Origin: an uncultured bacterium | Lineage (GTDB): Bacteria > Patescibacteriota > Minisyncoccia > Phycocordibacterales > UBA9973 | Reading direction: 5' to 3' | Assembly (NCBI GenBank): GCA_903907175.1 | Contig: CAIVNB010000026.1 | Span: 1 to 43,339 of the forward strand | Length of the DNA stretch: 43,339 bases | Shown here: positions 1-9,087 of the stretch, piece by piece | How positions within the stretch are numbered: position 1 is the stretch's first letter | Layout of the letters: every line of letters starts with the position of its first letter | Program-made: the position numbers and the translations under genes | Notes under the pieces: model-generated | What the model was told of the DNA's origin: nothing | The model's input: only the letters and a program-made list of their open reading frames with translations | Databases searched by the model: none

Positions 1-825
1 AAAGTTTTTAATTGTGCATCATTTTCTGGTACAGAATATTTGTCACGAGCAATTTTGATAGATCAATCACCAATTGGTCGTACTCCTCGTTCAAATGTTG
101 CGACTTATACTGGAGCATTCTCTCATATAAGAGAACTCTTTGCAGAGGGAAGCGAGGCGAAACTTCGTGGCTGGAAAGCAAATAGATTTTCTTTCAATGT
201 GAAGGGTGGCAGATGTGAAGCGTGTGAAGGAAATGGAGAGATTGCAGTTGAAATGCATTTCTTGCCGACAGTATATGTTACTTGTGATGTTTGTGGAGGA
301 AAGCGATTTGATAAAGAAACCTTGACGATTAAATTTAAGAATAAAAATGTTTATGAAGTATTACAGATGACAGTAGAGGAAGCGATATCTTTCTTTAAAG
401 ATATCCCAGCGGTCTATGATCGACTAAAGACTTTAATGGATGTGGGTCTCGGATATATTAAATTAGGGCAATCAGCTACGACTCTTTCTGGCGGAGAAGC
501 ACAACGTGTAAAAATTTCTTCTGAACTTTATCGTCCACATTTAGAAAAAACGATTTATCTTTTAGATGAACCAACTGTCGGACTTCATTATGATGATGTG
601 CATAATCTTTTGGATGTTTTAAATAAACTTGTTGATAAGGGGAATACCGTAGTTCTTATTGAACACAATATGGATATCATAAAAAATTGTGATTATGTTT
701 TAGATATTGGACCAGAGGGAGGAGATGGTGGTGGAAATTTGGTTGCCAAAGGTACTCCTGAAGACATAGCAAATAATTCTAAAAGTTATACGGGTAAGTA
801 TTTAAAGAAGGTATTACGAAAATAG
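1..825 (+). CDS. uvrA: Excinuclease ABC subunit A, C-terminal part (5'-truncated by window)
   Basis: Frame open from base 1; [25 protein letters not shown] zinc finger, LSGGEAQR signature, [11 protein letters not shown]alker B. Confidence 0.97.
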   Translation, partial: KVFNCASFSGTEYLSRAILIDQSPIGRTPRSNVATYTGAFSHIRELFAEGSEAKLRGWKANRFSFNVKGGRCEACEGNGEIAVEMHFLPTVYVTCDVCGGKRFDKETLTIKFKNKNVYEVLQMTVEEAISFFKDIPAVYDRLKTLMDVGLGYIKLGQSATTLSGGEAQRVKISSELYRPHLEKTIYLLDEPTVGLHYDDVHNLLDVLNKLVDKGNTVVLIEHNMDIIKNCDYVLDIGPEGGDGGGNLVAKGTPEDIANNSKSYTGKYLKKVLRK

Positions 826-844
826 CATATAATAAAAGAATAAT

Positions 845-2104
845 ATGCAAGTCAAAGATTTGAAAAAATTTAAGTTGTCTGATAAGCCAGGAGTTTATTT
901 TTTTAAAAAAGGAAAGACAATTTTGTATATTGGAAAAGCGACATCTTTGCGAGACAGAACAAAGAGTTATTTCAGCAAAGATTTAATCGCTACTCGGGGT
1001 CCGATGATATTAGATATGGTTGTGCAAGCAGATAAAGTTGATTGGGAAATGTCAGACAGTGTTCTCGAAGCTTTAATTCTTGAAGCAGAACTAATAAAGA
1101 AACATCAACCGAAATATAATGTAAAAGAAAAAGATGATAGATCTTGGAATTATGTTTGTATAACTGCAGAGAAAATTCCTAGAGTAATTATTGTAAGAGG
1201 CAAAAATTTACAATCTACGCCATGGCGTAGATCTAAAACTTACGGACCGTATACTAATGGCTTGCAATTAAAAGAAGCATTAAGAATAATTAGAAAAATA
1301 TTTCCTTTTCTTGATGAAAAATCAAAAAATAATTACGAGTTTTATAGGCAAATAAAACTTGTTCCAGAAAACGAAGATTATCTTAAAAATATAAAGAATA
1401 TAAAATTATTTTTTGAGGGAAAGAAAAGGAAAATCTTAAAGGATTTAGAAAAAGAAATGAAAATGCTTGCTAAAACACAAAAATTCGAAAGAGCGAATGA
1501 TGTCAAAAAGCAAATTTTTGCACTACGACACATTAATGACATTGCTTTAATAAAAAGTGAAAGCCTCACCTCTTCCAATTTTTCAGTCCTGCGCCCTTCT
1601 CAGAGTACTGAGTGGGACCCTCGGACATTCAAAATTGAAAGAGGTTCGATTTTCGATGTGTTCCGCATTGAAGCTTATGACATTGCGCATATGTCAGGCA
1701 AAAATATGGTTGGGGTGATGACGGTGATAGAAAATGGAGAAGTTCAAAAGAGTGAATATAAAAAATTTATTATTCGTACACAAAGTAGCAGTAATGATAC
1801 GGGTGCACTTGAAGAAGTTTTGTCACGTAGACTGCGTCACACGGAATGGGGATTACCAAATTTAGTAGTGGTGGATGGTAGTGTTGCTCAAATCAACACA
1901 GCAAAGAGAGCATTAAATAGATATCAATTTAAAATACCAATCATCGGAGTTGTGAAAGATGATAAACATAGAGCGAAAGCTATACAAGGTGATGAGACAA
2001 TAATAAAAAAATACAAAAAAATAATTTTACTTGCGAATAGTGAAGCCCATAGATTTGCGATAAAATTCTATCGTTCAAAAAGTAGAAAAAATATGTTAAA
2101 ATAA
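845..2104 (+). CDS. uvrC: UvrC-like excinuclease (GIY-YIG + UVR + RNase H-like domain; no obvious C-terminal HhH)
   Basis: PGVYFF..LYIGKA..LRDR, EALILEAELIKKHQPKYN, RIEAYDIAH, VVDG, EAHRFAI; follows uvrA. Confidence 0.9.
   Translation: MQVKDLKKFKLSDKPGVYFFKKGKTILYIGKATSLRDRTKSYFSKDLIATRGPMILDMVVQADKVDWEMSDSVLEALILEAELIKKHQPKYNVKEKDDRSWNYVCITAEKIPRVIIVRGKNLQSTPWRRSKTYGPYTNGLQLKEALRIIRKIFPFLDEKSKNNYEFYRQIKLVPENEDYLKNIKNIKLFFEGKKRKILKDLEKEMKMLAKTQKFERANDVKKQIFALRHINDIALIKSESLTSSNFSVLRPSQSTEWDPRTFKIERGSIFDVFRIEAYDIAHMSGKNMVGVMTVIENGEVQKSEYKKFIIRTQSSSNDTGALEEVLSRRLRHTEWGLPNLVVVDGSVAQINTAKRALNRYQFKIPIIGVVKDDKHRAKAIQGDETIIKKYKKIILLANSEAHRFAIKFYRSKSRKNMLK
1213..1232. repeat. Perfect 20-bp palindrome inside uvrC
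   Basis: ATCTACGCCATGGCGTAGAT equals its own reverse complement. Confidence 0.9.
1568..1645. repeat. In-frame palindromic (hairpin) insertion in uvrC
   Basis: Arms ACCTCTTCCAATTTTTCAGTCC (1568-1589) / GGACATTCAAAATTGAAAGAGGT (1623-1645); inner CTCAG-AGTA-CTGAG hairpin. Confidence 0.8.
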
Positions 2105-2108
2105 AGAT

Positions 2109-2558
2109 ATGTATATCATTTACGCATTATTGGGGGCAGTAATGGCCTCTCTGGGGACAATTTTTGCGAAGCTTGGATTAAAAGGAATTGATCCAAATTT
2201 TTTAACAGCAATCCGTGGTATTGTGATGGCATTAATCGTGACAATAGCAGCTCTTTCTTTTGGCAAACTTTCTATCACTACATTTAATTCACTTTCGTCT
2301 AAACAATGGATTTTTGTTATTTTGTCAGGTATTGGAGGGGCACTTTCTTGGATCTTCTTTTATCACGCCTTGGCCACAGGTCCGACAGTAGCTGTTACTG
2401 TTATCGATAAACTGTCTATTGTATTAACTGCTATTTTGGCCACAATAGTTCTTGCTGAAGGTATAACATTTCAAGCGATACTTGGCTTAATCTTTGTTTT
2501 TACTGGCACAATTTTAGTCGCTGTGCCATGGGAAAAAATTCAAAAATTATTTTCTTAA
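2109..2558 (+). CDS. EamA/DMT family membrane transporter (single domain)
   Basis: IFAKLGLKGIDP, ALSWIFFYHAL, IDKLSIV; about 5 hydrophobic helices. Confidence 0.85.
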   Translation: MYIIYALLGAVMASLGTIFAKLGLKGIDPNFLTAIRGIVMALIVTIAALSFGKLSITTFNSLSSKQWIFVILSGIGGALSWIFFYHALATGPTVAVTVIDKLSIVLTAILATIVLAEGITFQAILGLIFVFTGTILVAVPWEKIQKLFS

Positions 2559-2577
2559 TTAATATATAAAAAATAAA

Positions 2578-3540
2578 ATGCAAAAAAATATATTAGTAAC
2601 TGGAGCTATGGGGCAAATTGGGTCAGAACTCGTGCCTGCTTTAAGAGAGAAGTTTGGGAAAGAAAATGTTGTTGCCGTAGGCTTCATTAAAGATAAAGAA
2701 CCAAGTGAAGAATTTAAAAATTCCGGACCTTATGAGAGTATTGATGCCAGAAATAAAGAAGAAATCAGGGCACTAATAGAAAAGTATCAAATAAATACAA
2801 TTTACCACCTAGTTGGTGTTTTATCTGCAGTAGGGGAAAAAAATCCTAATCTTGCTTGGGATGTGAATATGAATAGTTTGAAAAATATTTTAGATTTAGC
2901 AGTAGAATATAAAATTGATAGATTGTTCTGGCCGAGTTCTATAGCTTGCTTTGGGCCAAGTACACCACTTTTTGATACACCCCAAAAAACTATCTTAGAA
3001 CCTACTACAATGTATGGAGTCACAAAAGTTTCTGGAGAGTTGTTGTGTCAATATTATTTTATTAAATATGGCTTGGATGTTAGAAGCTTGAGATATCCTG
3101 GAATAATATCTTGGAAGACTCCGCCTGGTGGGGGAACGACAGATTATGCAGTTGCAATATATTATAATGCAATAGAAAAAGGTAAATATGATTGTTTTGT
3201 AAAAGAAAATACAGTTTTGCCAATGATGTATATGGATGATGCAGTAAACGCAACGATAAAATTGATGGAAGTAGATAAAGAAAAAATAAAAGTACGAACG
3301 GCTTATAACTTAACTGCTATTAGTTTTTCAGCAAAAGAATTGGCTTTAAATGTTTCAAAATATATTGAAAATTTTGTGTGCACATTTAATCCTGATGAAA
3401 GACAAAAAATAGCTGATTCTTGGCCCAAAACTATTGATGATAATTGTGCCCGAGAGGATTGGGGTTGGCAACATAAATTTGATTTGGATCAAATATCCAT
3501 CGATATGATAAAAAATTTAAAAAATAAATTAGTAAAATAA
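2578..3540 (+). CDS. NAD-dependent epimerase/dehydratase (SDR), L-threonine 3-dehydrogenase-like
   Basis: TGAMGQIG Rossmann motif, LSAVGE, YGVTK catalytic motif, PGGGTTDY. Confidence 0.85.
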   Translation: MQKNILVTGAMGQIGSELVPALREKFGKENVVAVGFIKDKEPSEEFKNSGPYESIDARNKEEIRALIEKYQINTIYHLVGVLSAVGEKNPNLAWDVNMNSLKNILDLAVEYKIDRLFWPSSIACFGPSTPLFDTPQKTILEPTTMYGVTKVSGELLCQYYFIKYGLDVRSLRYPGIISWKTPPGGGTTDYAVAIYYNAIEKGKYDCFVKENTVLPMMYMDDAVNATIKLMEVDKEKIKVRTAYNLTAISFSAKELALNVSKYIENFVCTFNPDERQKIADSWPKTIDDNCAREDWGWQHKFDLDQISIDMIKNLKNKLVK

Positions 3541-3548
3541 TAAATATT

Positions 3549-4412
3549 ATGAAACCAAAAGGACTCAGAACAAAAATATTTTTAGATAGCTGTGACCCAG
3601 CTGAAACAAGTGAAATAATTTCAGTTTTGGGTTTTCTTGACGGACAAACTACAAACCCAACTCTTGTCGCAAAGAATCCATATGCTCGTGAACGTTTTTT
3701 GAAAGGGGAAAAATTTTCGAAAGAGGAAATTTTTGATTTTTATAAAAAAAATATTGTAGAAATTTCAAAACTTATTCCAAGTGGTTCTATTTCCATCGAA
3801 GTATACTCAGACGAAAATACAAATGAATCTGAAATGTTTACGCAAGGCAAAGAAATGTTTAAGTGGATTTCAAATGCACAAATAAAATATCCAATTACAA
3901 AAGTTGGACTTCTGTCAGCGGAGAGAAGTATAAAAGATGGAATGCGTGTAAATATGACGCTGTGTTTTACGGAAGAGCAAGCGGCTGCAGTTTATTCTGC
4001 AACATTGGGGGCAAAGAAGGGTGATGTTTTTGTCTCTCCATTCATTGGAAGGCTTGATGATATTGGAGAAAATGGAATGTCATTGATTGAAAATATTATT
4101 AAAACATATAAAGATGGCGATGAGCACGTAGAAATTCTTTCAGCAAGTGTTCGTACGATGGATCATTTTATGGCATCACTTCTACTTCATGTTGATATTA
4201 TTACTGCACCACTTTCTATTTTAAAAAAATGGGGGGAAATGGGCATGCCCATTCCTAAAAATTATAAGGAATATGATTTTTCTTCTCTAAAAAATATTCC
4301 ACATAAAGAAATTGATTTAAACAAAAAATGGACAGATTTTAATATAAAAAATGGATTAACTGATAAGGGGTTGGAGCGTTTCGCCTCAGATTGGAATGCT
4401 TTAATTAAATAG
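3549..4412 (+). CDS. tal: Transaldolase family protein
   Basis: FLDS, GQTTNPTL, NMTLCF, VSPFIGRLDD, ASVR motifs. Confidence 0.85.
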   Translation: MKPKGLRTKIFLDSCDPAETSEIISVLGFLDGQTTNPTLVAKNPYARERFLKGEKFSKEEIFDFYKKNIVEISKLIPSGSISIEVYSDENTNESEMFTQGKEMFKWISNAQIKYPITKVGLLSAERSIKDGMRVNMTLCFTEEQAAAVYSATLGAKKGDVFVSPFIGRLDDIGENGMSLIENIIKTYKDGDEHVEILSASVRTMDHFMASLLLHVDIITAPLSILKKWGEMGMPIPKNYKEYDFSSLKNIPHKEIDLNKKWTDFNIKNGLTDKGLERFASDWNALIK

Positions 4413-4524
4413 TTTTTATATGATTCTTGTAGACGATAATTAGATTGACTTTTTTATGTTTTTTCAGTATTCTTAAGAAAATTCTTTTATTCACGGAAAA
4501 TTCATTTTTAAAAACGGAGGCAAA

Positions 4525-4764
4525 ATGACTTTAGAAAAAGTTATTGCAATTATTGTAGACAGACTTGGCGTTCCTGAAATCGACGTTGTACCAGGGGCTC
4601 ATATTACGAAGGACCTGGGGGCTGACTCACTGGACGTGGTCGAACTTGGCATGGAGGTCGAAAAGGAATTCAACATCACATTGAAAGATGATGACGTAGA
4701 AGAGATCAGCGACGTTCAGAGCCTTGTCGATTTGATTAATAAGGAGGTTGAGAAAAAAGGGTAA
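4525..4764 (+). CDS. acpP: Acyl carrier protein
   Basis: DLGADSLDVVEL phosphopantetheine site; acidic 79 aa; GGAGG RBS upstream. Confidence 0.92.
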   Translation: MTLEKVIAIIVDRLGVPEIDVVPGAHITKDLGADSLDVVELGMEVEKEFNITLKDDDVEEISDVQSLVDLINKEVEKKG

Positions 4765-4784
4765 TAATAAAACCCCCAACGAAC

Positions 4785-4812
4785 AAAGCCGTGCATTACT
4801 GTACGGCTTTTT
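4785..4812. terminator. Probable bidirectional intrinsic terminator
   Basis: AAAGCCGTGCA-TTAC-TGTACGGCTTT between convergent genes. Confidence 0.75.
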
Positions 4813-5248
4813 ATTTTTTCTCTTGAGAAATTTTTAATGTATTTTTCTTTTCTAAAACATCTTTTATTGTTTTCAGCAGGATATTGAAATCTGATGATTT
4901 ATGAACATATGCATCCAGCCCAAGTTCTTTTGTCATCTTTTCAGCTTCTAAAGAAAAATCTTCATTAGTAAAAAGTATTATGGGGATATCTTTTGTTTCT
5001 GATTCGGACTTCATTTTTACTGATGCTTCTGTTCCAGTCATTACAGGCATTCTCTCGTCCATCAACACTATATCTGGCTGGAAACGCCTGGCTGTTTCTC
5101 TGCCTTCGTTTCCATCTGAAGCGTAAATAACTTCATAGCCATGTTCTACCAGTCGTCCACCAAAGAGGCGACGAATCATCGGATCGTCGTCGACTATTAA
5201 TATATGGATTTTCTTTTTATTCTGTTCGTAAGGTTGGGTATTAGACAT
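4811..5248 (-). CDS. Single-domain response regulator (CheY-like receiver)
   Basis: ILIVDDD, PDIVLMD..MP, IPIILFT; start set at MSNTQ (track start 5266). Confidence 0.88.
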   Translation of the reverse strand: MSNTQPYEQNKKKIHILIVDDDPMIRRLFGGRLVEHGYEVIYASDGNEGRETARRFQPDIVLMDERMPVMTGTEASVKMKSESETKDIPIILFTNEDFSLEAEKMTKELGLDAYVHKSSDFNILLKTIKDVLEKKNTLKISQEKK

Positions 5249-5291
5249 GTGGCTATATTTTACCAATTTTAAGAATTATTAGAAAGTATTT

Positions 5292-5368
5292 TGGTGGACC
5301 CTACAGGACTCGAACCTGCCACCTCCTCATTGCAAATGAGGCGCTCTAGCCAGATGAGCTAAGGGCCC
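5292..5368 (-). tRNA. tRNA-Ala(TGC)
   Basis: Reverse complement GGGCCCT...CCTCA-TTTGCAA-TGAGG...GGTTCGAGTCC...AGGGTCC-A-CCA; G3:U70 Ala identity pair. Confidence 0.96.
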
Positions 5369-5429
5369 TTTGTCGAACAAGACTATTTTAACTTATTTTA
5401 ATAAAAATGCAATAGTGTATAATCATATT

Positions 5430-6467
5430 ATGCATTATAAATTCTTTACTAATTCACAAAAATCTTGGCAAGCAATGTTTGAGGCTATCTCAACTGCCCA
5501 AAAATCAGTTTTTTTAGAGATGTATATTTTCCAAGATGATATGACAGATTTTGATTTTTTAAGCTTACTAAAAGAAAAAGCTAAAGCAGGGCTTCTGGTT
5601 AAAATTATTTTGGATTCTTTTGGAAGTGCTGATTTGAGTAAGAGGGCAATATTTGAACTTCGAGAGTCGGGCGTGGAGTTATTTTTTATAAGTCGGTTTT
5701 TTCATCATACACACCGTAAAATTTTAATTGTTGATGAGAATGTTGCTTTTGTTGGGGGAGTGAATTTTCACCAGAGTGCTGTTAATTGGAATGATTTAGT
5801 TGTAAAACTTAGAGGGAAAATCATTCCGTATATTTTAAGATCTTTTGCAAAGGCATATGCAAAGTGTGGCGGGAAAGATATTTTGATTTTGCGTTATAGA
5901 AAAAACAAAAAAAATATTGGAGAGAAGATGAATTCATGGCTAGTCGAACATTCTCCCATGTGGAGAAAAAATGGGTTAAAAAATCTTTATAAGCAGAAAA
6001 TTAGTCGAGCAGAGGAAAGTCTTTTTCTAGTTACTCCGTATTTTATGCCAAGACGATGGCTTATAGCGGCACTTCATCAAGCAGTATTGAGGGGGGTTAG
6101 AGTAGAAATACTTGTGCCAAAATTTACGGATTACTACTTTATTGATCGTGTGAATTATTTTTTTATGTATAAACTTTCAAAACTGGGAGTGAATATTTAT
6201 TTAGAAGAAAAGATGAATCATGCAAAACTTATGATTATTGATAGCAGGGAGGGGATGGTGGGATCGCAGAATTTAGATTATATATCATTTAATTTAAATT
6301 CAGAAGTAGGTATATTTTTTAATGATATAAAAACTATGAAAAAGCTTCTAGGTATATTTCTAGACTGGAAAAAGAATACAATTTTATTTGATTTTAAAAC
6401 ACAAAAGCCAAACTTTCTCGACTATATTTTATCTCCAATAATCAGTATTTTTAATAGAATTTTATAG
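5430..6467 (+). CDS. cls: Cardiolipin synthase-like phospholipase D family protein
   Basis: Two HKD motifs (HRKILIVD, HAKLMIID), TPYF; start moved to ATG 5430, 6 nt after TATAAT. Confidence 0.88.
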   Translation: MHYKFFTNSQKSWQAMFEAISTAQKSVFLEMYIFQDDMTDFDFLSLLKEKAKAGLLVKIILDSFGSADLSKRAIFELRESGVELFFISRFFHHTHRKILIVDENVAFVGGVNFHQSAVNWNDLVVKLRGKIIPYILRSFAKAYAKCGGKDILILRYRKNKKNIGEKMNSWLVEHSPMWRKNGLKNLYKQKISRAEESLFLVTPYFMPRRWLIAALHQAVLRGVRVEILVPKFTDYYFIDRVNYFFMYKLSKLGVNIYLEEKMNHAKLMIIDSREGMVGSQNLDYISFNLNSEVGIFFNDIKTMKKLLGIFLDWKKNTILFDFKTQKPNFLDYILSPIISIFNRIL

Positions 6468-6540
6468 AAGTCATTTTTTACTTGTTTTTTCAGTATTTTT
6501 TGATAATATGGTAAGAGTTCTTTGTTTTAATTGAATATAT

Positions 6541-6615
6541 TCGGGAGTAGCTCAGCGGTAGAGCGGTCGCCTGTTAAGCGATTGGTCGTAGGTTCGATCC
6601 CTACCTCCCGAGCCA
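6541..6615 (+). tRNA. tRNA-Asn(GTT); integration target
   Basis: Acceptor TCGGGAG/CTCCCGA, anticodon arm GTCGC-CTGTTAA-GCGAT, T arm GTAGG-TTCGATC-CCTAC, G73, CCA. Confidence 0.97.
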
Positions 6616-8103
6616 GTTAGGGTTATCAGCTAGTTCTAACACTAGATTGAACGGAGAAGCTATTGAAAAATATAGCTTCTTTTCGTTTACAACAGGGTTC
6701 TGAAGTAGATAACTCAAAAATTGTCTTTTGCCTGCTATATCAGAACTTTTTTCAAATATAATTTTTGCTCTGCGTGCCACAGAAAGCACTGTGGCAACAG
6801 TAGTTTGGTAATCGTAATCTGCTTTTGAGTGTTCAGACATTTCAATTTCAAGGACCTGTATTTGGTCCTGATACTCTTGATGCTTTTTGTCATAGATGTC
6901 CTTAGTAATACTCTGGTCTATATAAGCATCAAGCAACCTATTTTGTTTTGCTTTCAAGTTGTTGTAATCAGTTTGTATACGATTTATTTGTGATTTATGG
7001 AATACTACTTCTGCTTCTGTATTTTTCCTTAATTCATCTAATAGCTCGTTTGTAGCTTCCTCTGTAATGCTCTCAAATCGCTCTAAAACCTTGTATACGG
7101 GCTTCAAAAGGTCTTTCTCGTTTATATACACTCTCTTACAAATACCCTTAGAATTAGTGCAAGAATAGTATGTAGGTTTACCTTCGTGTCTTTCGGCTGT
7201 CATTGAACAACCACAGTTTTGACACTTAAGTAATCCCTTAAATATAAAATCTTTTGAGAGTGCTTTATAAACATTTTTATTACGCTTTGTGCGAACTTCC
7301 TGACATTTATCAAAGAGTTCTCTTGTTATTAAACGAGGATATTTATGAGAATATGAACCATATTTTTTTGATATAGCAGTTCCACAATAAAAACTATCTT
7401 TTAATATATTTTCAACTCCACTTTTTGAAAGTTTATTTCCTTTTAATGTTCTTAAGCCAAGCTCATTCATCTTTCCTCGTATTGTTTCAAGAGAGTATTG
7501 GTCTGTTGCGTATAACTCAAACATTTTTTGTATTAAGTGTCCTCGTTCTGGGTCAATAATAATATCTTTTCGTAATCTTTTTTCTTGGTCCAAACTGATA
7601 TTCAAATAACCTAAACGAACACCTCCTGTCCATTCTCCATTTCTTCGCTTCTGTTCAAATGCTCTTCTTACATTGTCTCCGATGGCATCCGAATAGTATT
7701 TTGCTAAACCTAAACTCATTCCAAATTGAAACTTTTCAACAGCAGACATTTGATTGTTTATTACTTGCCCTTCTGAAACGAAATGAAGTTCTATTCTATC
7801 AGCAACAGCCATTTCATAAAGAGTAGCAACCCTTTTATCAAAAATGCTTCTTGAAAGTCGGTCAACTTTATCAAAACAGACAGCTATTTTTTCTTTCTTG
7901 GATACTTCTTGAACATATTCAAGTAATTTATCAAATTCATCTCTCTTTTCCTTGTAAGCACTTTCGTCAAAACTAAAAGATTTAATAATTTCAAACGATT
8001 TCTTTTTACAATAACTATCTATACGCTCAACTTGAGCAGGCAAGGAGTTTCCTGCTTCTTTTTGTTCTTCTGTTGATACTCGTGAGACATTTATTGCTTT
8101 CAT
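6601..8103 (-). CDS. Large serine recombinase (resolvase + recombinase + zinc-ribbon/coiled-coil)
   Basis: SRVSTEEQ catalytic Ser, DKVDRLSR, KGLLKCQNCGCSM...YYSC zinc ribbon; stop codon lies inside the tRNA T stem. Confidence 0.95.
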   Translation of the reverse strand: MKAINVSRVSTEEQKEAGNSLPAQVERIDSYCKKKSFEIIKSFSFDESAYKEKRDEFDKLLEYVQEVSKKEKIAVCFDKVDRLSRSIFDKRVATLYEMAVADRIELHFVSEGQVINNQMSAVEKFQFGMSLGLAKYYSDAIGDNVRRAFEQKRRNGEWTGGVRLGYLNISLDQEKRLRKDIIIDPERGHLIQKMFELYATDQYSLETIRGKMNELGLRTLKGNKLSKSGVENILKDSFYCGTAISKKYGSYSHKYPRLITRELFDKCQEVRTKRNKNVYKALSKDFIFKGLLKCQNCGCSMTAERHEGKPTYYSCTNSKGICKRVYINEKDLLKPVYKVLERFESITEEATNELLDELRKNTEAEVVFHKSQINRIQTDYNNLKAKQNRLLDAYIDQSITKDIYDKKHQEYQDQIQVLEIEMSEHSKADYDYQTTVATVLSVARRAKIIFEKSSDIAGKRQFLSYLLQNPVVNEKKLYFSIASPFNLVLELADNPNWLGR

Positions 8104-9086
8104 AAACTTTTTTTATTATTAAGTGCTTGTAAGATATTTCTCGTTACATACCACATCATTACAGGAGCAACAGCATTACCTAATGCTTTATAATTTTTTC
8201 CTCTACCTTTTAGAAGTTCAAAATTATCTGGGAAGGACTGTATTCTTGCAACCTCTCTAGGGGTAAACATTCTATATTTGTTTTTAAGAAACAGTACTGG
8301 GTCTGTACTATTCAAACTTACTTTTGCCAAATGAGCAGTGACAGTATTGCTTGGCTGGTTTATGTTCTGTGCACGCCCTTTATTCATAGTGTTTGAGTGT
8401 TTAGTATTTTGCATACCTAAAACAGCCTTCTCGCTAAAATAGTATTCTTTTCCAACATATTCTTCAGGTTCAATTATTTCTGATATGGGGACTAGCTTCT
8501 TCTCAATTAAGGGTTTCGGAAAAGAAAAAGCTTCATACGTTTTTTTTTCCTTAAATCCCACAATAAATACTCGCTCTCTTTTCTGAGGAACACCATAGTG
8601 CGAAGCATTTAATACCTGATACTTAATATAGTAACCAGCTTTTTCAAACTCTTTAATAATCAAAGGGAAGGTTTCCCCTTTATTTGCAGATAATAATCCC
8701 TTAACATTTTCTGCTACAAAAACCTTTGGTTTTTTTTCTTTCAAAATACGAACCATTTCAAAAAAAAGTTTACCTCTTTCATCTTTATAACCTAACCTTT
8801 TTGGGTTCTGAGCTATTACAGAAAAGGACTGACAAGGAAATCCTCCTGTCAAAATATCGTGATTGGGTACTTCACTAGATTTAAGCTGTTTTATATCTTT
8901 CACCAAGCATTTATTCTTGAAGTTTAGGTTGTAAATATCACAAACATCTTTATCAAAATCAGTAGCAAAAACCGTCTGGGTGTCTAATTTAGAGTACTTC
9001 TTGTTAAGAAATGTAAAACCACCTTCTGAACCAAGGTCCATACCGCCACAACCACTGAATAATGATGCTATTTTGTATTTCTTCAT
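8100..9086 (-). CDS. DNA (cytosine-5)-methyltransferase (M2)
   Basis: SLFSGCGG, GGFPCQ, ENVKG, PQKRER, GNAV; start set at MKKYK; its TGA overlaps the recombinase ATG. Confidence 0.95.
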   Translation of the reverse strand: MKKYKIASLFSGCGGMDLGSEGGFTFLNKKYSKLDTQTVFATDFDKDVCDIYNLNFKNKCLVKDIKQLKSSEVPNHDILTGGFPCQSFSVIAQNPKRLGYKDERGKLFFEMVRILKEKKPKVFVAENVKGLLSANKGETFPLIIKEFEKAGYYIKYQVLNASHYGVPQKRERVFIVGFKEKKTYEAFSFPKPLIEKKLVPISEIIEPEEYVGKEYYFSEKAVLGMQNTKHSNTMNKGRAQNINQPSNTVTAHLAKVSLNSTDPVLFLKNKYRMFTPREVARIQSFPDNFELLKGRGKNYKALGNAVAPVMMWYVTRNILQALNNKKSL

Positions 9087-9087
9087 A

